From positions 5,642,001 to 5,706,000 of the forward strand of contig CM120643.1 of the NCBI GenBank assembly GCA_051362555.1: DNA of 64,000 bases, read 5' to 3'. The notes below the pieces were generated by a model, which worked only from the letters and a program-made list of their open reading frames with translations, was not told the DNA's origin and searched no databases. A program made the translations under genes and the position numbers. Shown here piece after piece: positions 26,601-39,089 of the stretch (its first letter is position 1; every line of letters starts with the position of its first letter). Origin of the DNA: Lingula anatina. Its lineage: Eukaryota > Animalia > Brachiopoda.

Positions 26601-29600
26601 ATAGAAAAGTTAGGCAAATTTCAAGCTTGAAAATAGTTAAATGTTAATAATTTTGTCAAATCTACCCAAATTTTTGTGCAATTTCTACAAACAAAGGTTA
26701 ACTACTGTCAAAATCTGAGATAAGCTTATCAGTGTACTGTGTTTGATGAAAGTGATTTTTGGGGCAATTTATTTGACAAAACTGAAAGTTACATTGAAAA
26801 CACAGGCAAATTTCAAGGATGAAAATAGTTAAACGTTAATAATTTTGTCAAATCTACCCAAATTTTCATGAAATTTGTACAAATGATGCTTAACAAGAAT
26901 GAAAATCTGGGGTGAGGTTATCTGTTGATTGCGTGTAAGGAAAGTGAGTTTTTGGTCAATATATTTGAGAAAACTGAAAATTACATAGAAAAGTTAGGCA
27001 AATTTCAAGCTTGAAAATAGTTAAATGTTAATAATTTTGTCAAATCTACCCAAATTTTTGTAAAATTTCTACAAACAAAGGTTAACTACTGTCAAAATCT
27101 GATATAAGCTTATTAGTTGCCTATGTCTGATGAAACTGATTTTTTGGGCAATTTATTTGACAAAACTGAAAGTTACATTGAAAACACAGGCAAATTTCAA
27201 GGTTAAAAATAGTTAAACGTTAATAATTTTGTCAAATCTATCAAAATTTTCATGAAATTTGAACAAATGATGCTTAACAAGAATAAAAATCTGGGGTGAG
27301 GTTATCTGTTGATTGCGTGTAAGGAAAGTGAGTTTTTGGTCAATATATTTGAGAAAACTGAAAATTACATAGAAAAGTTAGGCAAATTTCAAGCTTGAAA
27401 ATAGTTAAACGTTAACAATTTTGTCAAATCTATACACATTTTTGTGAAATTTCTACAAACAAAGGTTAACTACTGTAAAAATCTGATATAAGCTTATCAG
27501 TTGCCTATGTCTGATGAAACTGATTTTTTGGGCAATATATTTCTGAAAACCGAAAAATACATTGAAAACACAGGCAAATTTCAAGGTTAAAAATAGTTAA
27601 ACGTTAATAATTTTGTCAAATCTACCCAAATTTTCATGAAATTTGTACAAATGATGCTTAACAAGAATAAAAATCTGGGGTGAGGTTATCTGTTGATTGC
27701 GTGTATGGAAAGTGAGTTTTTGGTCAATATATTTGAGAAAACTGAAAATTACATAGAAAAGTTAGGCAAATTTCAAGCTTGAAAATAGTTAAATGTTAAT
27801 AATTTTGTCAAATCTACCCAAATTTTTGTAAAATTTCTACAAACAAAGGTTAACTTCTGTCAAAATCTGATATAAGCTTATTAGTTGCCTATGTCTGATG
27901 AAACTGATTTTTTGGGCAATATATTTCTGAAAACCGAAAAATACATTGAAAACACAGGCAAATTTCAAGGTTAAAAATAGTTAAACGTTAATAATTTTGT
28001 CAAATCTACCCAAATTTTCATGAAATTTGTACAAATGATGCTTAACAAGAATAAAAATGTGGGGTGAGGTTATCTGTTGATTGCGTGTATGGAAAGTGAG
28101 TTTTTGGTCAATATATTTGAGAAAACTGAAAATTACATAGAAAAGTTAGGCAAATTTCAAGCTTGAAAATAGTTAAATGTTAATAATTTTGTCAAATCTA
28201 CCCAAATTTTTGTAAAATTTCTACAAACAAAGGTTAACTACTGTAAAAATCTGATATAAGCTTATTAGTTGCCTATGTCTGATGAAACTGATTTTTTGGG
28301 CAATTTATTTGACAAAACTGAAAGTTACATTGAAAACACAGGCAAATTTCAAGGTTAAAAATAGTTAAACGTTAATAATTTTGTCAAATCTATCCAAATT
28401 TTCATGAAATTTGAACAAATGATGCTTAACAAGAATAAAAATCTGGGGTGAGGTTATCTGTTGATTGCGTGTAAGGAAAGTGAGTTTTTGGTCAATATAT
28501 TTGAGAAAACTGAAAATTACATAGAAAAGTTAGGCAAATTTCAAGCTTGAAAATAGTTAAACGTTAACAATTTTGTCAAATCTATACACATTTTTGTGAA
28601 ATTTCTACAAACAAAGGTTAACTACTGTAAAAATCTGATATAAGCTTATCAGTTGCCTATGTCTGATGAAACTGATTTTTTGGGCAATATATTTCTGAAA
28701 ACCGAAAAATACATTGAAAACACAGGCAAATTTCAAGGTTAAAAATAGTTAAACGTTAATAATTTTGTCAAATCTACCCAAATTTTCATGAAATTTGTAC
28801 AAATGATGCTTAACAAGAATAAAAATGTGGGGTGAGGTTATCTGTTGATTGCGTGTAAGGAAAGTGAGTTTTTGGTCAATATATTTGAGAAAACTGAAAA
28901 TTACATAGAAAAGTTAGGCAAATTTCAAGCTTGAAAATAGTTAAATGTTAATAATTTTGTCAAATCTACCCAAATTTTTGTAAAATTTCTACAAACAAAG
29001 GTTAACTACTGTAAAAATCTGATATAAGATTATTAGTTGCCTATGTCTGATGAAACTGATTTTTTGGGCAATTTATTTGACAAAACTGAAAGTTACATTG
29101 AAAACACAGGCAAATTTCAAGGTTAAAAATAGTTAAACGTTAATAATTTTGTCAAATCTATCCAAATTTTCATGAAATTTGAACAAATGATGCTTAACAA
29201 GAATAAAAATCTGGGGTGAGGTTATCTGTTGATTGCGTGTAAGGAAAGTGAGTTTTTGGTCAATATATTTGAGAAAACTGAAAATTACATAGAAAAGTTA
29301 GGCAAATTTCAAGCTTGAAAATAGTTAAACGTTAACAATTTTGTCAAATCTATACACATTTTTGTGAAATTTCTACAAACAAAGGTTAACTACTGTAAAA
29401 ATCTGATATAAGCTTATCAGTTGCCTATGTCTGATGAAACTGATTTTTTGGGCAATATATTTCTGAAAACCGAAAAATACATTGAAAACACAGGCAAATT
29501 TCAAGGTTAAAAATAGTTAAACGTTAATAATTTTGTCAAATCTACCCAAATTTTCATGAAATTTGTACAAATGATGCTTAACAAGAATAAAAATGTGGGG

Positions 29601-32600
29601 TGAGGTTATCTGTTGATTGCGTGTAAGGAAAGTGAGTTTTTGGTCAATATATTTGAGAAAACTGAAAATTACATAGAAAAGTTAGGCAAATTTCAAGCTT
29701 GAAAATAGTTAAATGTTAATAATTTTGTCAAATCTACCCAAATTTTTGTAAACTTTCTACAAACAAAGGTTAACTACTGTCAAAATCTGATATAAGCTTA
29801 TCAGTTGCCTATGTCTGATGAAACTGATTTTTTGGGCAATTTATTTGACAAAACTGAAAGTTACATTGAAAACACAGGCAAATTTCAAGGATGAAAATAG
29901 TTAAACGTTAATAATTTTGTCAAATCTATCCAAAATTTTGTGAAATTTCTACAAATGAAGGTTAACTACTGTAAAAATCTGAGATAAGCCTGAAAATTGA
30001 CTGGGTGTAATGAAAGTGATATTTTTTGCAGAGAATATATTGGAGAAAACCAAAAAATACATTGGAAAGTTTGGCAAATTTGAAGGATGATAATTTTAAT
30101 AAATCTAGTCCAATTTTGGTGAAATTTCAAAAAGTGGAAGTTAATTACTGTAAAAATCTGAGATAAGCTTATCAGTTAACTTTGTGTGATGAAAGTGGCT
30201 TTTTGGACAATGTATTTGAGAAAACCGAGAAATACATCAAAAAAACTGCAATAACATGGCTGAAAATAGTTAAACGTTTATAATTTTCTCAAATCTGGCC
30301 CAATTTTAGTGAAATTTATAATTTGATGATTTGTGTTTGTGTAAAATGTGGAAAATTACCTAAAATTGTCATATGGAAAACAATAAATACTCTTTTAAGA
30401 CTTTCAATAACAACCAATACCACCTGCAGATTCTTCTTTACAATGAGTTTGTGGAATCAGGCTGTTGGTACACCATTTGACAATCATCCTTAATCTTGCC
30501 ACATATCATATACTGTACACAAGGATGAGATAGAACACTGTTCTTGCTGCTGTCTTTCACTGCCTGCTTTTTCTATAGCCATGACTGCACAGGTAGAGTC
30601 AGTTCACCAAGGGGCCTCCCCACTGTATTGAAAGGGTCACCTAGAAAAGGAGACATAAGAATTGATTTGTGATGAGACTAATATTATTTTATGAAAGACA
30701 AAAGCCTTACAGATGAGCAGAGCCAAGTTTTAAAAAAATCTAACAATGGTGTACTATCAAGTGTCCAAACAGATTTGGCAGAGACAAGTGTTGTGGTGAA
30801 TCACCTGTCACAGGTGGTCACACTTGTTTCTGCCCAGACTAGGTACATTTATACTTTTATAATAAAAATAAATTAGGTTATAAAATTCTAACTTGGTCAA
30901 AGCAACTAAATTTTTATTCTTATTTATAGAAATTAAGTTAATTGACTGTAATTTTCTGAAATAATCCTAACAGTTGACTGTGTGTAACCAAAGTGATTCT
31001 TTGGAAAAAAGATCTCAAGACTGTTGAAAGACTGGCAAATCCCATGGATAATAAATAGTTAAACATTTATAATTTCGTCAAATCTAATGCAATTTTTGTG
31101 AAATTTTTACATATGAAGGTTAAATACTGTCAAAATCTGAGATAAGCTTATCAGTGTACTGTGTTTGATGAAAGTAACTTTTTGGGCAATTTATTTGACA
31201 AAACTGAAAGTTACATTGGAAAGACTGGCAAATATGAAGGATGAAAATAGTTAAATCTGAATAATTTTGTGAAATCTACCCAAATTTTCATGAAATTTGT
31301 ACAAATGATGCTTAACAAGAATGAAAATCTGGGGTAAGGTTATTTGTTGATTGTGTGTAATGAAAGTGAGTTTTTGGACAATATATTTGAGAAAACTGAA
31401 AATTACATAGAAAGGTTGACAAATTTCAAGGTTAAAAATAGTTAAATGTTAATAATTTTGTCAAATCTACCCAAATTTTTGTGAAATTTCTACAAATGAA
31501 GGTTTACTACTGTAAAAATCTGAGATAAGCTTATCAGTTGACTGTGTATGATGAAAGTGATTTTTTGGGCAATATATTTCAGAAAACCGAAAAATTTGTT
31601 GAAACACAGGCAAATTTCAAGGCTAAAAATAGTTAAATGTTAATAATTTTGTCAAATCTATCCAAATTTTCATGAAATTTGTACAAATGATGTTTAACAA
31701 GAATAAAAATCTGGGGTGAGGTTATCTGTTGATTGCGTGTAATGAAAGTCAGTTTTTGGACAATATATTTGAGAAAACTGAAAATTACATAGAAAGGTTG
31801 TCAAATTTCAAGGTTAAAAATAGTTAAACGTTAATTTTTTTTTGTCAAATCTAGCCCAATATTTGTGAAATTGGTAATTTGATGATTTGTGAAGAAAAGG
31901 TGGCAAATTAACTATAATTGTCATCTGGAAAACAATATATACCCCTTTCAGACTTCTCATGACAATACAACATACAGTTCTCTTTAAAATGGGATTCAGG
32001 GAATCAGGCTGTTGGCATTTCATTTGACAACGTCCTTAATCGTGCCACATTTCATGTATTGTTCCACTGGATGAGACTGTGCTGCTATTGCTGCGCTGCT
32101 GTCTTTCACTGCCTGTTTTTTCTACAGGAATTAGCCAAAACTGCACAAGTAATTCACCAAGAGACCTGCCCACTGTATTGAAAGGGTCACCTAGAAAAGG
32201 AGACAGAAGAATTGACAAGACTTGTTTCTGCCAAGACTGGTACACTTATACATTTTCAATAAATAAAGTTATAAAATGTTAACTTGGTCAATACAATCAA
32301 ATTTTCAGAAAAAATTTGTACAAATGAACATTAACAACTGTAATCATCTAAGAGGAACACAATATAAAAATTAAAATTGTATGCCCCAGAACATATGTTA
32401 ACAGAAGATACGTTACAATTTAGGCTCCTTACATTATGTATAGACATTGTAAAAATTTAATGTGGATGTAAAATTGAGACAGTCGTGGATTTTTGATCTA
32501 CATACACATGTATGTTTAACAGTTGAATACAATTGTGTATTGGGTTTATGTGATCAATGAAAACTTCGAACAGACTATGGCTGTGTTCAGAATAAAAGTT

Positions 32601-34415
32601 ATCATTCCAGCAGGATCTATCTATCTGTGCATGGAATCTCTGTGCATAATCTTGATGAGAAAACTATCGATAATATAAAAATTGCATAGGAGTGATGATG
32701 CAGGGAAGTAGCTTAAACATGCTGGTATGCAACAAGTAACAGTGTAACAGTGTGCACACTATGGTAATTTTAAAGGGACGTACTGATGTGGGATCTATTG
32801 GTGTGAGATGTGTATAATGCAAAAATTTACCAGGGGGAATATCAGTGTGAAGGAGTGTCGACATGACCCAGTATGGACAATAATATACATAATGATAAAA
32901 ATGACAGGGAATAACCATTCCATGCCATGGAGCCATTAATCACTCCTATATGTCCAACCTAATCAGCAAAATAATTCAGAATGTTCCATACCAAGCAAAT
33001 TTGTTTCAAGCAGCAGATACCATTTAAATGCAAAATTTGAATCACTAAAGGTAGCTCATATGTTGACAGGTGTTTAACACCACCCTCTCCCCCTCAACAC
33101 TGCGAGTCCTAACGCTCGTTTGCCAGTTCCGTAATCTTGTTCCACCACACACTGGAAATTCCACACTTCCCAGGAGCTGGGCCCCGTAACTCGAAAGTAT
33201 CGCGTATTGCGACTGAGCGCAAGCATCTCCATTCCATAACTCACCCCATATAATACATTGTAGCCTCTATGTGATATCGCTATTTGCAATAAGCAATGCT
33301 TTCGAGTTAGGGGGCCCTGAACAGTTAACAAGGTCTGCAACATTTTGGGGAGAGACGGATGAAATATTTTGTTTGCAAAGCTTTGCATGGTGAAATGGGG
33401 GAAGTGAGTTTTGAGCTGGTCTAAAAGTTTGCAATATGGTTTATATTAATGCAAACATTGCTTTGGTAGTTTCATAATTTTTTCTCTTCTGTCTCCCTAC
33501 AAAGTGTCCCACATTTGAAAGTTATGGGGTGGACGTCCTGTGTCGAACAGTGATAGCGACAGCCATGACACAGACAAACAGACCGATCAGAATATATAAA
33601 GATACTCGTGTCTGTATATAAAAATGTATTTTGCACTTATATGCAAATTACATTGCCTATAATAAAATAAGGCTGACAAGAAGCAATGTTCATATCAGAG
33701 ATTTCAAATAGTGGGGATCTTGATGGCATAAGGTGATTAAAAAAAAATTATCTTCATAAACCAGTCTTGCAACACGATATGTTTTTATACTTTTTACAAT
33801 AAAATAGGACTAAATCATATGATCATGTAACTGGTTTGAGTCCACTTACACTACTGGTTTTGGACACTGTTTACAACACCTGTCTCAGGAAAAAAGCCTC
33901 CCTTGAACCTCACTTGTGTAATGTATAGTGAAGCTCGTACGTCATGAAAATCATCACAGATGGGGGAAATGAATAGATGGAAATTATCACGTTATCTATT
34001 TGAATCTCAAGTAATGTTAGCAAAGCTTGTACACAGCAAAATAAGATTTGAAAGGAGGGTAAAATGTGTTTGAAAGATGTGTTCAGCACTTGGGGTAAAT
34101 TGCAATTCTTCCGGTAGGGTGGACTTTTTAGCAGTTGGCCCACACAATGACTTTTTTAAAGGTTTTTATTGCTGTATTTAAATCATATTTGACCAAAGTG
34201 TTGTTTCTTTGAAATTAATCAATTAATCTTGGTCTGTTTTGCACATTACAGTAGGTTTTGTAAAAATATCAATCTAACCTAAAAGAAACTTAAAAAGTTG
34301 ACACATGAGCAAAAGTTTTGTGTGCATCATACTCAATGGCAAGTATGCACTTATAAAGATTTGATTGTAAATTTGAACCTACATGCACTCGCTCTTGTAT
34401 ATGTATATATATAAT

Positions 34416-34606
34416 TTAATAAAAGCCTAGCACTTCACTGTGTGGAATTTATCCATAAAGTCACATCTGACAAAATAATTTATCATGTGTCTAATGTCAA
34501 AGAACTTGGCATTATGGTCGATAAGCACAAATTTCTCTGCACAAAGGTGTTCCTTCTTTCTTTCAAGCCAAAGAATGAAGTCTCCAAGAGCCTGTTGCAC
34601 AGACAC
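34416..34606 (-). pseudogene. Fragment of a DEDDh/DnaQ-like (PML-like) 3'-5' exonuclease domain
   Basis: Translates as VSVQQALGDFILWLERKKEHLCAEKFVLIDHNAKFFDIRHMINYFVRCDFMDKFHSEVLGFY*. This fits the ExoII-type pattern AL..F..WL...VL.xHN...FD....F...V.GF. The ExoI motif and the continuation after GF are missing. Confidence 0.6.
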
Positions 34607-35726
34607 TTTACTGATCTCCTGTGGTCCTTCTGGTAGTTGGTTTGTGTGCTTTCTCTAACAGATGAATGAATGCAATGTTGTAATCCTTAACTGCTGCTTC
34701 GTGGGTTTCACCTGTTCCATAAACAAGTACAATGTATGTATTGACAGCAAGCAACATCCGGTTAGTTGGACCAGTTGGTGTAGTATTGACTTTGCTATCA
34801 TGTTATATCTCATTTAACTTGTCTGTCAGCTCACTCTACATTGGAATAGGTATGTTAACCATGTGAGTGATTCTGTACAGGTGTTACACTCTCCTCTACC
34901 TCATTGTACCTGTAATACTGGTATGTGCCAATGTCACCTACATATGTACTGAGTAGGCTTTCAAATACATCAATTACTGTTACTGTTTCTAGTTCAAGTC
35001 CGGTATCAATTAACATGGTTCACTACAGCATCAGAGAATTTTATCAGGTTCAGTCTTTCACATGCACTGCCTGACAGAAACTGGTGATTCTCCTTAACTT
35101 CCAAGTGAAAAAGTTACAGTAATTTGATGCTACATGAGCCCAATGGTTGTGTTCCCAATTTTGCTGAATATCTCCTTTTAAATCAGCTGAAGCATGCACC
35201 TATCACTCCCATTAATTCTGCAATTACAAAGAAACAGTCCAAGTTGCCTTTAATAACATCATTTTACCAGGTGAGTCACTTGAGCAAAGAAAAGATCTGA
35301 AATATAACAGTTCATGTATATGTATAAGTAACTCTGAAGTTGTGAATGCTACAGACTTAATTTCCCTGAGTGGCTTTATCCAAATAATCATTAATTCTAA
35401 AAGTATTATGAAGATTAAGGAAACAAAAGATCTTCCATGATTCTGCCACAAGACAACTGTATTTCATTTCAAACTAGGTGATGCAGGAATTAATTGTGTA
35501 GGGGATAACATGACAGGACTTAATTAAAACGCTTGGTTTGGTACTTATGGAGGAAAACATTAATTGCCAAAATTGTGGAAAAAAATCACTGTAAAAGTAA
35601 TCCAATCCTGCAGATTTCCAGAGGCAACTTGTCTTTTAACAAAAACCACTCAGTTCAAAAGTAAAACAGAAATATGTACAGTTTTTAACTTAAATATGAG
35701 GCAAACATCACCAAAATTGTGCAAAC

Positions 35727-35776
<50 letters not shown>
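35727..35776. repeat. (AAT)n microsatellite
   Basis: About 16 perfect AAT units. Similar tracts occur at ~3140-3165 and ~49849-49892. Confidence 0.95.
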
Positions 35777-35778
<2 letters not shown>

Positions 35779-37069
35779 CGAAAAACAGAATAATTACTTA
35801 TATGTAAACTGATCATGCTGGTTTTCGAAAGCAACCTGGCAACCAAGGCAATTGCCTAAAATGGACATATGCCAAACAGGCATATTTTTCAAAAAAAAAA
35901 AATCTTTTTTAACAATTCTGGCAACAAACCTTGACAACTGGAACCCCTACTGGACTACCAGGCGCTGACAGTTAATGTCGGGCCCTGATTTTGCAATGCT
36001 TTTCATACTTACAACTTTTTTGCATTAATTGGCTTCTGTCTTTCAGTTCCATAAAATTAAAATGACATCTACCCTTATTTTTTGGATGTCAACTATCAGT
36101 ACCGCGAAAATAAAAGCAGGCATGTGGAGCTAGAATTTTGTTAAAATATTTGTCTCGGCTATATATTTTCATCTTGTTTGAATCTCATATTGAAATCTGC
36201 AAATAAGAATAATTTCATGAATAAACCGCATTATATTAAGCATAAATGCATTGTTATAAAACAATTTTTGCTTTTATATCACGTATCAAAACTTCGAAAC
36301 AATCTTCAATCTGGTGGACTTGGAAGCGCGAAGTCGGTGAGAGCAGACGCCGCTGCAGTTTACAGATAACACGAGCAAAAACGATGAAAACCATTGCAGC
36401 AGTCGTATACGGATGGTTTACGAGTGTGCAAAGTGTAACACAATTATTGGCGCCAAGTCCTGTTGGCTTGGAGTGGACTTAGATCTTTGGGCGCTGTAAG
36501 TAACCTCCACTATCTCCATCTTCATTCTTCAATCATTTCGTATTTTTGTCGCTGAGCAAGTGTTAGTTAATTCATTTAGTTATTCATAAGAATTACTTAC
36601 ATAAAAGCTTCTTCACCATGTTATGACTTGTGTTTTTATTTGCCCAACAGTGCATGTAAGTTTATAGTGCGTACTTATACTTTTTAGTAGTATGAAAAAA
36701 CATAGATCTAGAGATAAAACTGAGTGCTCATTCCCTTTGAAATAATCGGTATTCATATATCGGTCCAAATCCGCCTAGACTCTCGTTGAATGCAATCTGT
36801 TTAACAGAAAAATATTCCTCTTTTTGTTTTTGACCCATAGTTTCAGTGGGAACGAGTCCTTAAAGTAGTTACTGGCTAGTAACTAAGGGGTTTGAACTCC
36901 CAAGAGGGCCAAGACGGAAGCGTTGATATATATCCCTTACGAAAAAGTCCTATAGGATCCTTTAAGATCCTATAGGTTTCTATAGGAAATTTGGCCAATT
37001 TCCTATTGGATCCTCTTTCTTACCTGTATTTTATAGCTTGCCATATACAGTCCTTTAGCTGTGTTACTA

Positions 37070-39089
37070 CAGTGATTCAGAAACTTTATGTGAAAAGAGA
37101 GACATGTGTCTCCTGTTTCATGAAAATATGAGACACAAGGTTCAAAACAAGGGACACATCATAAACAACATTTTTTATTTCCATAAAACAAGTTTTATTC
37201 TTAAAAAAAAAAATTTGCTCCTTGAAACATTCTTAGGCAAGATTGCCAGAAGTGCCATTATTAATGTCATGTCAATGTAGTAATGTCAATTAAGTAATGT
37301 AATGTCATTACACCGCAAAGTCATTATTGTCTCATACATCAATGTTCATGAGAAATGCCTTTGTCATTTTGCTTTAAACACACCAAGAGCACTTCTAAAG
37401 TCAAAATCCTGAGAAAGGGGGCCATTTAGTTTTATGGTGATCAACATTTGTAAATTTTCACTGATATTTGTCATGAACTCCTGGTAGGTCTTCAAATATG
37501 GCACTCCATTGGCTGCTTGGCTAGACACGAATGCAAGTTGGTGAGCAATGCAGTGCAGTTGAATGAGCTGTGGATTTATTTCTCTTTTTAGTCTTGTACC
37601 GACTCCATTGTGTTTTCCGGTCATAACCTGATGAGATAAAGATTGAAATTAATTTTTCCAAATCAACATCTGATGAACTAACCATTATTTTAGAAAAATT
37701 CAAACTCTTAATTTTTTTCATTATTAAAAAGTTTCCAAACTATTTAATATGTTGGAATTTTTCATAAATATAACAGACTGACAGTAATAATTATAATCCT
37801 GACTAAATAAAATTCATGAATGAAATTTCAAATATTTATTCCATTTATTGTTTCCCTGTAATATATTATATATCCAGTACATTAGTTAATTTATTCTATT
37901 TATCAACTTCACACCAATTGTTTTTTATTTATTGTTTCTTGATAATATTATGCAATACTGACCGATGCACCGTCACTTCTTAGTCCTACTACCTTATCAG
38001 GCGGCACTTCAAACTTTGTCACGAGATTTTTGACAGATGTTGCAATGGTGTCTGCTTTCCCATCCAGTATTTCACAATTCTCTAAGAAAATGGTCTCTGG
38101 TTTACAGTCTTATGATATCCTCGCATACGCACCCAGTTTTTTTGTTCTAGTAATGTCACATGATTCATCACAAAGCACAGAGATATAGTCTGCATCTGTC
38201 AGCTTTTTTCTCATATCTCGGAGAATCACTTCGTATATACTCTCTTGAAAGTCTTTGGTAATAGTGTAGGATTGGTAGTATTTTGTGACTGGCGCAAGAG
38301 CACTGCATACTTGCTGTATCAAAAAATCAACAAAATCTGGGTACTTGGATGTTGGTATGTCCTGCTTTGCCAAGAAATATATTGTTCGTAGAGCATGGAT
38401 TATGGCACTGTCGTTCTCACTAAACTGATTTTTTACCAGTCTCGATAGTGTTGACCTTGAGATTTCATCTTGAACCGACTGGCGATGGTCAGCTGCTGAA
38501 GCATGCCGCTCCAAAGTCGTGGTTCTGAAGTTGCTACAGCCTTCGGTAAAAACGTTCTTTTTTGGCTTTTTACACATAGTGTGCAAAACATATGGTTGTC
38601 TTTGTGTTCTAGCCATGTCCATTTAGATTTCCAAGCTTCATTGAACTCTCGTTTGACACGTTTCCGAGGCAAACAAGCGGCCGGCTGGTCAGGAGGTTCA
38701 GTTTCACTGTCACTTTGCTCAGGCTCCGCCATGTGCGAGGGGGAAAATTGCGATGAATGCAAGAAGAAGCATGATTAGCTGAATTCGCAAGCGTTGCTAA
38801 GCGCTATAACTGAAAGGTGCGATGTTATTGGCTGTTGAGTCCCACTCAGTTTCAGGTGAAACTGCGCACTCACTGAACAACTTTTACTTTGTTAAACTGT
38901 TTGGATCATTTTTGATTTTTATTAAATTTGACTATATACGTATTTTTCTGATTTCCTGGTCGCAAAGGTGATGCTATTTATGCAACAATGGCCTCATGTT
39001 GGGTCGCATTACGATCGTTTTTTATGAGACAGTAATGAAATTTATGGGTCAAAGAAATGTCGCAAAGTCGCGCCGTTTCTGTATCGCTG
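37070..39089 (-). mobile_element. hAT-superfamily DNA transposon (ZNF862-like), internally deleted, ~2.0 kb
   Basis: The TIRs are CAGTGATTCAGAAAC (37070) and the reverse complement of the right end, CAGCGATACAGAAAC (39089), matching at 13/15. The flanking 8-mers TGTTACTA and CGTTAGCA match at 5/8 (eroded TSD). A transposase relic lies inside. Confidence 0.8.
37364..38732 (-). pseudogene. ZNF862/DUF4371-type hAT transposase pseudogene with one spliceosomal intron (37628-37962)
   Basis: A TTF-type zinc finger (KREFNEAWKSKWTWL...MFCTLC) is followed by a frameshift near 38565 into NVFTEGCSNFRTTTLERH. Then come SVLCDESCD, an in-frame TAA at 38110, and SDGAS|gtcagt...catcag|VMTGKHNGV...LHCIAHQL. 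The C-terminal half is absent. Confidence 0.9.

Larger units (their letters stand above)
4670..32350. repeat. Large tandem array of a ~192-bp AT-rich satellite with higher-order structure and interspersed ~0.6-0.7-kb cassette modules
   Basis: ACAGGCAAAT recurs at 6421, 6613 and 6805 (period 192). The diagnostic GGGGTGAGG recurs at 18742, 19126, 19510 and onward (384-bp A/B dimer). Monomers are diverged at both edges, so the boundaries are approximate. Confidence 0.97.

Noticed and set aside
7638-30876. Repeated 61-66-aa plus-strand ORF MKDKSLTDEQ... as a tandem gene family
   Set aside because: Near-identity simply reflects recent array amplification. The frame is broken in the 5.5 and 9.4-kb copies, mostly deleted at 32.2 kb and absent from array 2, and the C-terminus runs into AT-rich sequence. 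No domain was recognised.
4670-32350. CRISPR-like repeat/spacer array
   Set aside because: The repeats are 192 bp, the interspersed modules are copies of each other rather than unique spacers, there are no cas genes and the DNA is eukaryotic.
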